Of a stretch of DNA of 64,000 nucleotides, positions 20,827-30,945 are shown piece by piece. The stretch is from positions 19 through 64,018 of the forward strand of contig JBGSSF010000012.1 in assembly GCA_041737175.1 (NCBI GenBank), written 5' to 3'. The notes beneath the pieces are model-generated. The model saw only the letters and a program-made list of their open reading frames with translations, did not search any database and had not been told where the DNA came from. Positions within the stretch are counted from its first letter, which is position 1. The number at the start of each line of letters is the position of its first letter. This DNA is from Bacteroidales bacterium. Lineage in GTDB: Bacteria; Bacteroidota; Bacteroidia; Bacteroidales; UBA10428. Made by a program: the position numbers and the translations under genes.

Positions 20827-21771
20827 TCAGATGACCGTTGGTTCAAGTTTTTTATTTCTGGCGTTCCGGATACTGGCGTTCAGTTCGAAACCTGCGAGCA
20901 GGGCCATGGCATTGAAATTCATCCACAGCATGATGGCAATGAGGGTTCCGATTGATCCGTAAAAGCGGTTGAAAGGGGCGAAATGGTTCACGAAATAGGA
21001 GAAAGCCAGGGAAGTTATTATCGAAAGAAAGGTGGCCAGCGTGGATCCGGGTGTAAACAGGCGCCATTTCGTCTTCCTGGCCGGGGCCCAATAATACAGG
21101 AAAGAAATTGCCAGAAAAGTCAGTGCAAGAATGATGATCCATTTGCCGGTCATTAAAAGGACATAGGTGGTGTAAGCCTTGATGATTCCCTCCGAATAGA
21201 GGTACCTGACTCCCATGTTGGAAAATGATAGCAACAATATAGCAATGGTCAGGATTATAAAGAGAATGATAAATAATACCACCGATATCAGGCGGCTTTC
21301 ATACCAGCGTGGTGATATGATGGTGTGATATGTTGCATTGAAAGCCTCAATGATTCCGTTAAGCCCCTTCAGAATAAAAAACAGGGTGAGCAGAAATCCA
21401 AAAATCTGCAACCCGTGATGCTTTTGAAAAATTTCTCCAAGCACTGATTCTAAGACGAGATAGGAATTTTCGGGAATGATGTCCACCAAAATATCGAGCA
21501 GGTCGGACTGGAAATTACGAATCGGCATATAGGGAATAAGACCCAGCAGAAATATAACAGCCGGACCCAAAGCGAGCAGAAAATTGAATGCAATGGAGGT
21601 AGCTCTAATGTTCAATGATCCTTTCATGAGCCCCTGGAAATACAGGGTTACCACCTCATGAAAGCTTAATCCCCTTGATCCCGGGAATCTGATTCTTTTA
21701 CAGCGATCACCGAGTTTATGGATCTCCTTGTTTAATATTTTATAGGTATATGTGTGCTGGTCCGGACTCAT
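20827..21771 (-). CDS. YihY/BrkB family inner-membrane protein
   Basis: About six TM segments and the N-terminal motif AFNFLLALGPAVIFL typical of the family. Confidence 0.7.
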   Translation of the reverse strand: MSPDQHTYTYKILNKEIHKLGDRCKRIRFPGSRGLSFHEVVTLYFQGLMKGSLNIRATSIAFNFLLALGPAVIFLLGLIPYMPIRNFQSDLLDILVDIIPENSYLVLESVLGEIFQKHHGLQIFGFLLTLFFILKGLNGIIEAFNATYHTIISPRWYESRLISVVLFIILFIILTIAILLLSFSNMGVRYLYSEGIIKAYTTYVLLMTGKWIIILALTFLAISFLYYWAPARKTKWRLFTPGSTLATFLSIITSLAFSYFVNHFAPFNRFYGSIGTLIAIMLWMNFNAMALLAGFELNASIRNARNKKLEPTVI

Positions 21772-22636
21772 CAGGCTTATAATTTAAGGCCTTGAGACTC
21801 AGGTCAAGGCTTTTTATATGATGGGTGAGTGCCCCTACGGATACAAAATCAACACCACATACTGCATAATCCCTGATATTTTCCAGGGTGATTCCGCCTG
21901 ATGACTCGGTTTCGTAACGTCCGGCAATGATTTCCACGGCCTTTTGAGTATTTTCAACGGTGAAATTGTCCAGCATGATCCGGTCGATCCCGCCCATATC
22001 AAGAATAATCCGTACATCATCGAGATTGCGGGCCTCAATCTCAATGGCAAGGTTCCTGCCGGTTTTTTTCAGATATTCTTTTGTACGCTGAATGGCATGA
22101 GGTATGCCACCAGCAAAATCAATATGATTATCCTTGATCAGGATCATATCAAATAATCCAAACCTGTGATTGAGACCTCCTCCGATCTTTACCGCCTCTT
22201 TTTCAAGCATGCGCATACCTGGAGTTGTTTTTCGTGTATCCAGTACCCTGGTTTTCAGACCGTTGAGCCGGTCAACATATTGCCTGGTAGTGGTGGCAAT
22301 GCCACTCATTCGCTGCATGATATTGAGCACAAGTCTTTCGGCCTTCAGGAGAACGTGTATTCTGCTTTCTGCCATGAATGCAACATCAGGCGGAGCTACA
22401 TGGTCCCCGTCGTGTTTGAAGATTTCCAGTCTGACGTCCGGATCAAGCCGGGTAAAAATTCTGACAGCCATATTTACCCCGGCCAGGATACCTTCCTCCT
22501 TGATCAACAATTGGGCTTTACCGACAGCCTGATCAGGGATACAGGCCAGTGAAGTATGATCACCATCACCTAAATCTTCATTTAAGGCATTTTCAATGAA
22601 TTGGTCGATATAGTTAATCGGCATTTTCCTCTTCAA
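21740..22636 (-). CDS. nadC: Nicotinate-nucleotide diphosphorylase (carboxylating)
   Basis: QPRTase motifs DTRKTTPG, IKDNH and MLDNF. The 3' end overlaps the downstream gene start by 32 nt. The start could instead be the ATG at 22624. Confidence 0.9.
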   Translation of the reverse strand: MKRKMPINYIDQFIENALNEDLGDGDHTSLACIPDQAVGKAQLLIKEEGILAGVNMAVRIFTRLDPDVRLEIFKHDGDHVAPPDVAFMAESRIHVLLKAERLVLNIMQRMSGIATTTRQYVDRLNGLKTRVLDTRKTTPGMRMLEKEAVKIGGGLNHRFGLFDMILIKDNHIDFAGGIPHAIQRTKEYLKKTGRNLAIEIEARNLDDVRIILDMGGIDRIMLDNFTVENTQKAVEIIAGRYETESSGGITLENIRDYAVCGVDFVSVGALTHHIKSLDLSLKALNYKPDESGPAHIYL

Positions 22637-23090
22637 AACGAAGTTGATGAATATAGGGTTTACTTTCCCTTTGTTTGATCAACAGAGTCACCCTGAAATT
22701 CCCGGTGGAAGTAATGAGGTTTCCAATGGCATATTGTGAACCCTCTTTTCCGCCCTTATGCAGGATAACGAAATTGGATGGCACATGTTTTGCAAAGAAA
22801 TTTTTAACAATCAGTTCTGCCTGCTGACTGCTGTATATATCTGTCTGACCTGGAATGGCAAGTTCTATGCTGGTATTGAAAAATTTGGATAGCTCAACGG
22901 AATTGCCTGACTTCAAAGCATCAACCATGCCCTGCGGAATATCTCCCGGGGCTGAGGCGCTGACTCTCACAGCAATGGAAAAGATCAGGGGTATCAAGGC
23001 CAGCACTCTTTTGAAACGGTTGATTTTCAACATGGTGTTTATCGCGCTCATGTCAAAATAAAAAGTATTTTTGAATAATGATAAAACCAT
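22614..23090 (-). CDS. DUF4783-like small secreted protein
   Basis: Signal peptide if started at the ATG at 23033 (MLKINRFKRVLALIPLIFSIA). The core SQQAELIVKNFF...FVILHKGG resembles DUF4783, which is often found next to nadC in this phylum. This rests on recollection only. Confidence 0.5.
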   Translation of the reverse strand: MVLSLFKNTFYFDMSAINTMLKINRFKRVLALIPLIFSIAVRVSASAPGDIPQGMVDALKSGNSVELSKFFNTSIELAIPGQTDIYSSQQAELIVKNFFAKHVPSNFVILHKGGKEGSQYAIGNLITSTGNFRVTLLIKQRESKPYIHQLRFEEENAD

Positions 23091-23172
23091 TAGTTCACAA
23101 ATTTAATTATTTAATTCAATTATGATGATGGATCAAAATCCGGGCCAACTATTCTCTTAAATTTTTTTTTTC

Positions 23173-23646
23173 ATGAAGATCAGCATCATTACTCTGGGAG
23201 CTACTCAGGAATCTTATTTGAAGGAAGGGATTGCTTTGTATGAGAAAAGGATCAGGCATTATGTACCCTTTGAATTGATTTACCTGAATGAGCCACGTAA
23301 TATGAAAAGCCAGCCTGAGAGTGTGCTCAAGGAACATGAAGGGAAAATACTGCTGTCGGCTCTTGAAAAAACAGATCAATCTGTATTGCTCGATGTGGAA
23401 GGTAAACAGATGGATTCTGTTGCCTTTTCGGCTTTCATACAAAGAGCCATGAATATGGGAACACGGAACCTGGGATTTATCATTGGCGGGGCTTTTGGTT
23501 TTTCAAAGGAAGTTTATCAGGAAGTACCCGAGAGATTGTCTTTATCGTGCATGACTTTCTCCCATCAGCTTGTCAGGCTTGTATTTCTTGAACAGCTTTA
23601 CCGGGCTTTTACCATAATCCGGGGAGAACCTTATCATCATACCTGA
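23173..23646 (+). CDS. rlmH: 23S rRNA (pseudouridine1915-N3)-methyltransferase
   Basis: 157-aa SPOUT protein with the typical IGGAFG...H motifs and a C-terminal GEPYHH. Confidence 0.9.
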   Translation: MKISIITLGATQESYLKEGIALYEKRIRHYVPFELIYLNEPRNMKSQPESVLKEHEGKILLSALEKTDQSVLLDVEGKQMDSVAFSAFIQRAMNMGTRNLGFIIGGAFGFSKEVYQEVPERLSLSCMTFSHQLVRLVFLEQLYRAFTIIRGEPYHHT

Positions 23647-23680
23647 TTGTGTTTGATAACTAAATTCGAAGGATGTCTCT

Positions 23681-26600
23681 ATGAATACCAGTAAATACAT
23701 TGCGATATTTCTGACATTACTGATGATCACAATGGGGATCAATGTCATATTGGACAACTGGCATTTCAAAGAAAGCGATCACAGAAGACTGCAAAAAGAA
23801 ATCGATAAAAAATTCCTTCAAACGGATCGCATATTTAAGAAATTGCAGGATAACAACTGGCAATTAAATGCACAGGTGCCTGACGACAAAGGCATTACCA
23901 TGGTGGTTTACCACAACGACAGCCTGATTTACTGGTCGGATAATACCATGAGCTTTAAACCTTTTGAGCAGTTTGAACTGACCGGAAAGCGTTTTGATTC
24001 TATTTCTAATGGGTGGTATGTAATCAAGACCTATCGAATGGATTCCATAAAGGCTTACGGGTTGATACTGGTAAAATCGCAATATCCCTATGAGAATGAA
24101 TTCATGATCAGTGGCTTTCACCCCGACCTGAAGCTGCCGACTTCAACGAAACTTCTTACCGTTGCCCAGCCGGGGTCCTTTGCAATTCATGACTGGGAGG
24201 GTATTTATTTGTTCTCAATCAAATTCAGCATCAGTGAACTCAGGTATTCGCGGCTGGAAAAATTACTGATCCCTGTTCTGATATTTTTGTTGATCATTGC
24301 GTTCCTGCTGCTTATTCACAACATCCTGGGCAGGATCAAAAAACCGGGACTGAAAAACGCTCTTTTATGGATGATGATCGCATTCTTTGCATTGCTGAGG
24401 TGGATTCAGTACAGGTACCATGTTCCTTCCGATCTCTATAACCTTGAATTATTCGGTCCCGTACCCTTCGCAAAATCTACCATTTTGCCTTCTCTGGGAG
24501 ACGTCTTCACAAATACAATACTGGTTCTTTATATTGTGTTGGAATTCACCCTGGGATTCAGGTTTCCGAAGTTTCTGAATAAAGAAAAAAAGTCGGGTCC
24601 TAATACAGCCATTGTGCTGATGATGATCGTTCTGACCGGTTTCTTCCTCTATACCCATTTCATTCTGTCGAACCTGATCCTGCATTCAACGATCAATTTT
24701 GAATTTTACAAAGCTGCCAGCGTCAGTGTTTATACATTTATCGGACTGCTTATAACGGCCATGCATTTCGGCGCATTGCTTTTGCTCAACAATTATTTAC
24801 TTTCACTATGCAAGGATAGCTGTGATTTGAGCAAACTGATCCTTACCTTTATTCTCGTAAGTTCCTTGGTGCTTATTCCGGCATACCTGCTGAATTTCGG
24901 ATTTGACTACGTTTCACACCTGGCCTTTATGGTGATGTTTGCGGCCCTGGCTGTCCTTCATTACCGCAGGATACCGGTGGGTAATTTCACCACCATGGCT
25001 TTTGTTGTTATCTTTTTCTCCTCCTACTCGGTTTACCTGTTTAATCATTATGCGAAACAGAAACTGATGAATAACATGAAGGTCATGGCAGAAAATCTGG
25101 GAGCACAACATGATCCTGTTGCAGAATACTTGCTTGAGGGTATCAGTGACAGGCTTAGCCAGGATAAGACGCTCAGTAATTTTATGTTTAACTGGTCGAT
25201 CAGCGATGAACAGATCCATGACTATCTTCAAAGCAAATACTTTAATGGCTTTTGGGGAAAGTACAAGCTGCTTTTTGAAGACTGTTATCCCAGTAAGGAA
25301 CTTTACGACGGCGATACGCTGAAGAACTGCTATGATTTTTATAACAGGCGGCTGGAAGAGGGTAAAAGCATGCAACTGCCCCGGTCCAGGTTTTATTTTC
25401 TCGACCTCCAGAACGGAAGAATCAATTACCTGGGCTGGATAACTTATAAACACCCCACCAGGAATATCGAGGTTTCCTTGTTCCTCGAACTGGAATCGAG
25501 GTTGGTTGCCGAGGAACTGGGTTTCCCGGAGTTGCTGCTTGATAAGAAATACAAGGAGAACCGGTTACTGACAGAGTATTCTTATGCCAAATATTATAAA
25601 AATCAACTGCTGGCCCAATCCGGAACCTTCCAGTACAGTCTCGATCTGAATACCTATAAAGGAAAACCTGTCAAATTCGAAGGCTATGACCACATCATAT
25701 ATTATCTTACCAAAGACAATGTGGTAATGGTGAGCAAACCGGCCACCACATTCTTTAATCGGCTGATATCATTTTCCTACATCTTTTTATTCAATTATAT
25801 AATTGTATTAATCATCATTGGCATCCGGAATTTTTCGAAACTGGGCGGTGACATAAAATTCAACTTTAAGAATAAGATCCAGCTTTCCATCATTGCCATA
25901 TTATTCCTGTCACTCATCCTGGTTGGCGGAGGCACAATTTATTTCAGCATTCAGCAATACCAGAAAAAGCAACTCGACCTGCTCAGCGAAAAAATCCAGT
26001 CGGTATATATTGAACTGGATCGCATGCTTGCTTACCTGCCCAACAAGATCAGCCCTTACCAGAAAGGTGATGGTTTTGACAACCTGGAACAACTGCTGAT
26101 CAAGTTTTCAGATATTTTTTATTCCGACATCAATTTGTATGATCCCGATGGAAATCTGCTGGCTACCTCCCGGTCTGAAATATTCAGCAAGGGAATACTG
26201 GGCGAGAAGATGGATCCTTTGGCGTACAGTAAAATGGTGAAAGAAAGACAGGCTGAATTCATCCATCGTGAAACAATAGGAAAACTGAGCTTTTTATCGG
26301 TATATGTTCCTTTCGTGAATGTCGAGAATAAACTGCTTGCCTATCTTAATCTGCCTTATTTTACCAAGCAGAATGTTTTAAGAAATGATGTTACAACGCT
26401 CGTGGTGGCCATTGTAAATATTTATGTGTTGCTGATTTTGCTCACCATTGCCATGGCCGTCCTTATATCCAACCAGATAACCCGGCCTTTACGGATGATC
26501 CAGCAAAAGTTCAGCCAGATAAAGATCGGCAGGAAGAATGAAGAAATCATTTACAAAGGGCATGATGAAATTGCAGGATTGGTTTACGAGTACAACCGGA

Positions 26601-27319
26601 TGGTGAAAGAACTTGTGAAAAGCGTGGAGATGTTATCACGGTCAGAACGTGAAAGCGCATGGCGTGAAATGGCCAAACAAATCGCCCACGAGATCAAGAA
26701 TCCGCTCACGCCCATGAAACTGAGTGTGCAGCATTTACTCCGTTCATGGAAAGACAACAAGGAGAATTTCGATGAGAATCTTGAAAAAGTTACACACACG
26801 CTGATCGAACAGATCGATAACCTTTCCTTTATCGCTTCGGAGTTCAGCAATTTTGCGAAAATGCCCAAGGCATTCAATGAAGGGATCAATATCGTGGATA
26901 AGATCAGGAACTCCCTCAATCTTTTTGCCAACACCGAAAATGTTGACTTTGTTTTTGAACATGAGAGTGAAGATATATTAGTATTTGCTGATAAGGAGCA
27001 GTTGTCTAGGGTGTTTATCAATTTGTTGAAGAATGCCATCCAATCTATCCCGGAAAACCGGCATGGCAAGGTGGGAATCAGCCTGGTACTGAACGGTAAA
27101 ATGGTGCGTGTAAGCATTACCGACAATGGAAAGGGTATACCCGAAGATCTTCAGGGTAAGCTGTTTACGCCAAGTTTTACGACCAAATCCAGTGGAATGG
27201 GATTGGGTTTGTCGATCGTAAAGAATATTATTGAATCTTTTGGAGGGAGTATTACGTTTAACACAAAAGTCAACCACGGCACGACTTTCATTTTTGAACT
27301 GCCGGTTCATCATTTGTAA
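23681..27319 (+). CDS. Large multi-TM sensor histidine kinase (HAMP + HisKA + HATPase_c), NtrY-like core
   Basis: H-box HEIKNPLTPM (His ~1003), N-box NLLKNAIQS, and G-boxes DNGKGIP and GMGLGLSIV. About 900 aa of N-terminal sensor region contain a polytopic TM block and two extracytoplasmic segments. No adjacent response regulator. Confidence 0.85.
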   Translation: MNTSKYIAIFLTLLMITMGINVILDNWHFKESDHRRLQKEIDKKFLQTDRIFKKLQDNNWQLNAQVPDDKGITMVVYHNDSLIYWSDNTMSFKPFEQFELTGKRFDSISNGWYVIKTYRMDSIKAYGLILVKSQYPYENEFMISGFHPDLKLPTSTKLLTVAQPGSFAIHDWEGIYLFSIKFSISELRYSRLEKLLIPVLIFLLIIAFLLLIHNILGRIKKPGLKNALLWMMIAFFALLRWIQYRYHVPSDLYNLELFGPVPFAKSTILPSLGDVFTNTILVLYIVLEFTLGFRFPKFLNKEKKSGPNTAIVLMMIVLTGFFLYTHFILSNLILHSTINFEFYKAASVSVYTFIGLLITAMHFGALLLLNNYLLSLCKDSCDLSKLILTFILVSSLVLIPAYLLNFGFDYVSHLAFMVMFAALAVLHYRRIPVGNFTTMAFVVIFFSSYSVYLFNHYAKQKLMNNMKVMAENLGAQHDPVAEYLLEGISDRLSQDKTLSNFMFNWSISDEQIHDYLQSKYFNGFWGKYKLLFEDCYPSKELYDGDTLKNCYDFYNRRLEEGKSMQLPRSRFYFLDLQNGRINYLGWITYKHPTRNIEVSLFLELESRLVAEELGFPELLLDKKYKENRLLTEYSYAKYYKNQLLAQSGTFQYSLDLNTYKGKPVKFEGYDHIIYYLTKDNVVMVSKPATTFFNRLISFSYIFLFNYIIVLIIIGIRNFSKLGGDIKFNFKNKIQLSIIAILFLSLILVGGGTIYFSIQQYQKKQLDLLSEKIQSVYIELDRMLAYLPNKISPYQKGDGFDNLEQLLIKFSDIFYSDINLYDPDGNLLATSRSEIFSKGILGEKMDPLAYSKMVKERQAEFIHRETIGKLSFLSVYVPFVNVENKLLAYLNLPYFTKQNVLRNDVTTLVVAIVNIYVLLILLTIAMAVLISNQITRPLRMIQQKFSQIKIGRKNEEIIYKGHDEIAGLVYEYNRMVKELVKSVEMLSRSERESAWREMAKQIAHEIKNPLTPMKLSVQHLLRSWKDNKENFDENLEKVTHTLIEQIDNLSFIASEFSNFAKMPKAFNEGINIVDKIRNSLNLFANTENVDFVFEHESEDILVFADKEQLSRVFINLLKNAIQSIPENRHGKVGISLVLNGKMVRVSITDNGKGIPEDLQGKLFTPSFTTKSSGMGLGLSIVKNIIESFGGSITFNTKVNHGTTFIFELPVHHL

Positions 27320-27372
27320 AGCACTGCGGATGGTTGTTGATATCTGATGAAATATATTGCATGATAATTTTA

Positions 27373-27380
27373 TATATTTG
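27373..27380 (+). promoter_or_regulatory. Bacteroidota -7 promoter box (TATATTTG) upstream of the T9SS cargo gene
   Basis: Exact TAnnTTTG match 32 nt upstream of the TTG start at 27412. Confidence 0.4.
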
Positions 27381-27411
27381 AAACACAACAATCAAACCGA
27401 CTAACCCAACT

Positions 27412-30400
27412 TTGGCTTTGAAGAGGATTATTGGCATAATATCGGGCTTATGGATTTGTTCCTTCTTAAGCTTTTCGCAAAACATCCAGATTTCAGGAGT
27501 CCCCAATTATTACCTGCGTGTTGATGAAGTGCAGACTGACCGTGTTCGGGTAACCGACGTTTTGGGAGGTCAGATCAGCCACTTTCAATCGGAAAGCAAA
27601 GTTTTACTGATCCAGATGACCGGGGCCGTCCCATACTCCGGAGCTGATTTCAGAACACTGGAAGCACGTACAAAAGACAATATGGCTGATGTGGGCAGCT
27701 ACGAGATATTTCAGGTTGATGAAGTAGTTCCTATCAGTGGCACGGAAGCCTGGGTGATTTTTACCGATGATAGATCCCGTACCTATAATGCAGGTGAAAA
27801 AATTCAGCTTGTAAAATTCGTGGAAGGCGAAACGGTTTCAACCACGGGTGCTGTAAGTGCACTGGATTGGAACGGCACAGTGGGGGGCATTGTCGCCATT
27901 ATAGGTACTGACTCGGTAAAACTAAACCACAATATTGACGTCAGTGCCCGGGGTTTTCGCGGAGGTGCCATTCCTTCCGAGAATTATACGGGAGGTTGCC
28001 GGTATGGCTTGAGTTTAGTCATTAAAGACACTTTATTTTTCCTCCCGACACAAATGAACCGGTCGGGAAACAAAGGCGAGGGCATTGTTACCACTGCATT
28101 TCCATATACCAAGGGTACGGGATTCGCCATTAACGGCGGAGGCGCCGGAAACGGGCTTTACTCCGGTGGCGGTGGCGGCAGCAATTACGCCGTAGGCGGT
28201 GACGGAGGCCGGCAATCTCCCGTATGTTCCGGTTTATATCCGGCATTGGGCGGCTGGGGCGCTTATGGATGTTTTGAACTTTATACAGCCGGAAACCGGA
28301 AGATTATCATGGGCGGTGGTGGCGGCAGCGGAACAAAATTATCAACGTCAACTCCTTCCAAGGGAGGTGACGGAGGGGGTATCGCCATCATCATTACCGG
28401 GGTGCTGGCGGGCAATGGCAAATCAATTTTGGCGAACGGGGAGAATGCTACAGCCACAACCGGAAGCGGGGGCGGCGGCGGCGCAGGCGGAACGGTGATC
28501 ATTGATGCAACCAGTCTTTATGGACCATTGACGGTTAATGTCAAAGGAGGAAGAGGCGGAAATACGACTGATGACGGCAATTGCACGGGATCAGGCGGCG
28601 GCGGAGGCGGTGGAGTCATTTGGCACAACGGCGCTTCCCTGGCTGCAACCGTTGACTATACATATGGTATTGCTGGCGCTGTTGGCAGTTCCTGCTCGCT
28701 GGTACTGGGTATTCCCGGCACGCCGGGTTCAACGGGTGCAAAAATCACCAACCTGATATCACCGCTGACCGGATTCCTTTTCAATTCCTTGCATGGAAAG
28801 GATACCATTTGTGCCGGGCAGACTCCCAATCTTCTGACCGCCAGCCAACCCAAGGGCGGTGACGGCACGTATATCTTCATATGGGAGAAAAGCACTGATA
28901 ATACGAACTGGACGGATGCATCCGGAACACAGATGAGAACCTTCCAGCCACCGGCATTGAATCAGACAACCTGGTACAGGAGAATTGTCACTTCAAACGG
29001 TGTATTTGACACAAGCCGGGTAATTCAGGTTTATGTATATCCTGTCATCAGCAACAATACAATTTACGGCATTGATACCATTTGTTACAGCAATCCTGCC
29101 AAATTGATTACAGCAGCGCAACCTGCCGGCGGAAACAACTCATCCTACATTTACCAGTGGCAGTCACGCGACAGTGAAAGCATATGGAGCAACATGGGCG
29201 CCCCCCGGACCTCAAATACGTCGCTTGATCCGGGAGTACTGATGAAAACGATGTATTACCGTCGCCTGGTGAGCTCAACCGCATATTGCGCAGATACCAG
29301 CAATACTGATAAGATTACGGTTTTGCCTTCAATCTCAAACAACAGCTTTGCCACCAGTGATACATCCATATGCATGAATCAGAGCCCGGGACAGCTCAAT
29401 GCCTTAACTCCCGGCGGCGGTGATGGCACCTATTCTTTTTCCTGGCAATATAAGCCGGCAACCGATAACTGGACAAGTTTGGCTTCAAGCAATGTGCTCC
29501 GTTACAGCGCAGGTGCGCTGAACAATGAAACTCTCTTCCGCAGGATTGTATATTCAGGGAATGACAAGGCTTGCATTGACACCGGAACCGTCAAAACGGT
29601 GCATACCATGCCCCTGATAACCAACAACAGCATCCTGGGCAGCGCCGTTCAATATACATGCTTCAATACACCTATTTCATTGCCGGGTTCTTCACCGCTG
29701 AACGGATTCAACACCTACGCATACCAGTGGGAACAAAGCAATGACAACAGCACATGGAATCCGGTCACGGGTACGAACCGCGATTATGTGTCAGCAAACC
29801 TCACCAGCAGGAAATATTTCAGAAGGATTGTATATTCCTCGCCTGCTTACCACGAATGCACCGACATCAGTGACGCGGTGGAAGTGAGGATCAATCCGCT
29901 GCCTATTGGGGATGTAAGTGTGGATCGGGATACAATATGCGCTGGTGAAACCCTGTATGTAAAATTCAACCTGGCAGGTAACGGACCTTTTAATGTTGCT
30001 GTCGCCGGTGAAAGTATTCCCGGTGCATCCAAAACAGGCATTACCGTGCTAACTGATTCTGTAGCCTTTACTCCCGCTACCTCACAACAGTTCACGATGT
30101 ATTCGGTGGAGGACGACAGCGGTTGCTTTGCCGATATTACGGGTTTTGCCAACGTTTCGCACGGGATAGTATATGCAGTTCCAGTCGCCAATGCCGGGGC
30201 CAGCCAAGAGACATGCGGTCTGAATTATACATTGCAGGCTGTTAAAAATATAAGTGGTTCTTCGGGTTTGTGGACAGGAACCGGTGTGACATTCAGCGAT
30301 TCATCCAATGCCGCCAGCCAGGTTACTTCGGGAAGTTATGATACCAAATTACTTACATGGACTGAAACCAACTGGCATTGTTCTGATGAGGACGATGTTG

Positions 30401-30945
30401 AAATTACTTTCCAGGAGCAACCGCCAGCGCCTGAAGCCGGTCCCGACCAGAGTCTTGATTTTAGTTTCATGACACAGATGCAAGCGGTTGAACCAATAGT
30501 TGGAACAGGAAAATGGACCATTGAAACGGGTTCAGGAGAATTTGACAATGACATACTGCCCGACGCCGTCATCAGCGAGCTGAACAGTGCCACCACACTC
30601 AAATGGACCGTTACCAACGGAAGCTGTCCTGAGGTTTCCGACATCATGGAAATCCTGGTCAATCCGCTGGTCATTAAAAAAGGCTTTACGCCCAACGGTG
30701 ACAGCAAAAACGATGTATTCGACATTGGCGCCACCCATGCCGAGTTTATCAGGATTAAGGTTTTTAACAGCGCAGGAGTGCTTGTATTTGAATCGGATAA
30801 TTACCAGGAAGGGGATCTCTGGGATGGATACAATATGGATGGAGTTGAATTACCCGAAGGCACCTACTTTTATCTGATCGATATGAAAATTACGGGCAGG
30901 CAGGAGGAAGTGCAATTCAGGTCATTTGTTGAAATACTTAGATAA
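27412..30945 (+). CDS. Giant T9SS type-B (gliding-motility-associated C-terminal domain) cargo protein with a Gly-rich N-terminal domain and tandem ~95-aa modules
   Basis: The C-terminal FTPNGDSKNDVF...EGTYFY motif is typical of the type-B CTD (TIGR04131-like). N-terminal signal peptide. Apparent TTG start, with no in-frame ATG nearby. Confidence 0.8.
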   Translation: MALKRIIGIISGLWICSFLSFSQNIQISGVPNYYLRVDEVQTDRVRVTDVLGGQISHFQSESKVLLIQMTGAVPYSGADFRTLEARTKDNMADVGSYEIFQVDEVVPISGTEAWVIFTDDRSRTYNAGEKIQLVKFVEGETVSTTGAVSALDWNGTVGGIVAIIGTDSVKLNHNIDVSARGFRGGAIPSENYTGGCRYGLSLVIKDTLFFLPTQMNRSGNKGEGIVTTAFPYTKGTGFAINGGGAGNGLYSGGGGGSNYAVGGDGGRQSPVCSGLYPALGGWGAYGCFELYTAGNRKIIMGGGGGSGTKLSTSTPSKGGDGGGIAIIITGVLAGNGKSILANGENATATTGSGGGGGAGGTVIIDATSLYGPLTVNVKGGRGGNTTDDGNCTGSGGGGGGGVIWHNGASLAATVDYTYGIAGAVGSSCSLVLGIPGTPGSTGAKITNLISPLTGFLFNSLHGKDTICAGQTPNLLTASQPKGGDGTYIFIWEKSTDNTNWTDASGTQMRTFQPPALNQTTWYRRIVTSNGVFDTSRVIQVYVYPVISNNTIYGIDTICYSNPAKLITAAQPAGGNNSSYIYQWQSRDSESIWSNMGAPRTSNTSLDPGVLMKTMYYRRLVSSTAYCADTSNTDKITVLPSISNNSFATSDTSICMNQSPGQLNALTPGGGDGTYSFSWQYKPATDNWTSLASSNVLRYSAGALNNETLFRRIVYSGNDKACIDTGTVKTVHTMPLITNNSILGSAVQYTCFNTPISLPGSSPLNGFNTYAYQWEQSNDNSTWNPVTGTNRDYVSANLTSRKYFRRIVYSSPAYHECTDISDAVEVRINPLPIGDVSVDRDTICAGETLYVKFNLAGNGPFNVAVAGESIPGASKTGITVLTDSVAFTPATSQQFTMYSVEDDSGCFADITGFANVSHGIVYAVPVANAGASQETCGLNYTLQAVKNISGSSGLWTGTGVTFSDSSNAASQVTSGSYDTKLLTWTETNWHCSDEDDVEITFQEQPPAPEAGPDQSLDFSFMTQMQAVEPIVGTGKWTIETGSGEFDNDILPDAVISELNSATTLKWTVTNGSCPEVSDIMEILVNPLVIKKGFTPNGDSKNDVFDIGATHAEFIRIKVFNSAGVLVFESDNYQEGDLWDGYNMDGVELPEGTYFYLIDMKITGRQEEVQFRSFVEILR

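Noticed and set aside
24914-27126. Antisense ORFs of 179 aa (24914-25453) and 180 aa (26584-27126) inside the histidine kinase gene
   Set aside because: The kinase frame carries unambiguous H, N and G boxes. The antisense frames have no motifs and are typical long-ORF shadows.
28281-28502. Pro-rich 73-aa minus-strand ORF (PPAPPPPPLP...)
   Set aside because: It is the complement of the poly-Gly (GGN) runs of the cargo gene, so it is a compositional artefact.
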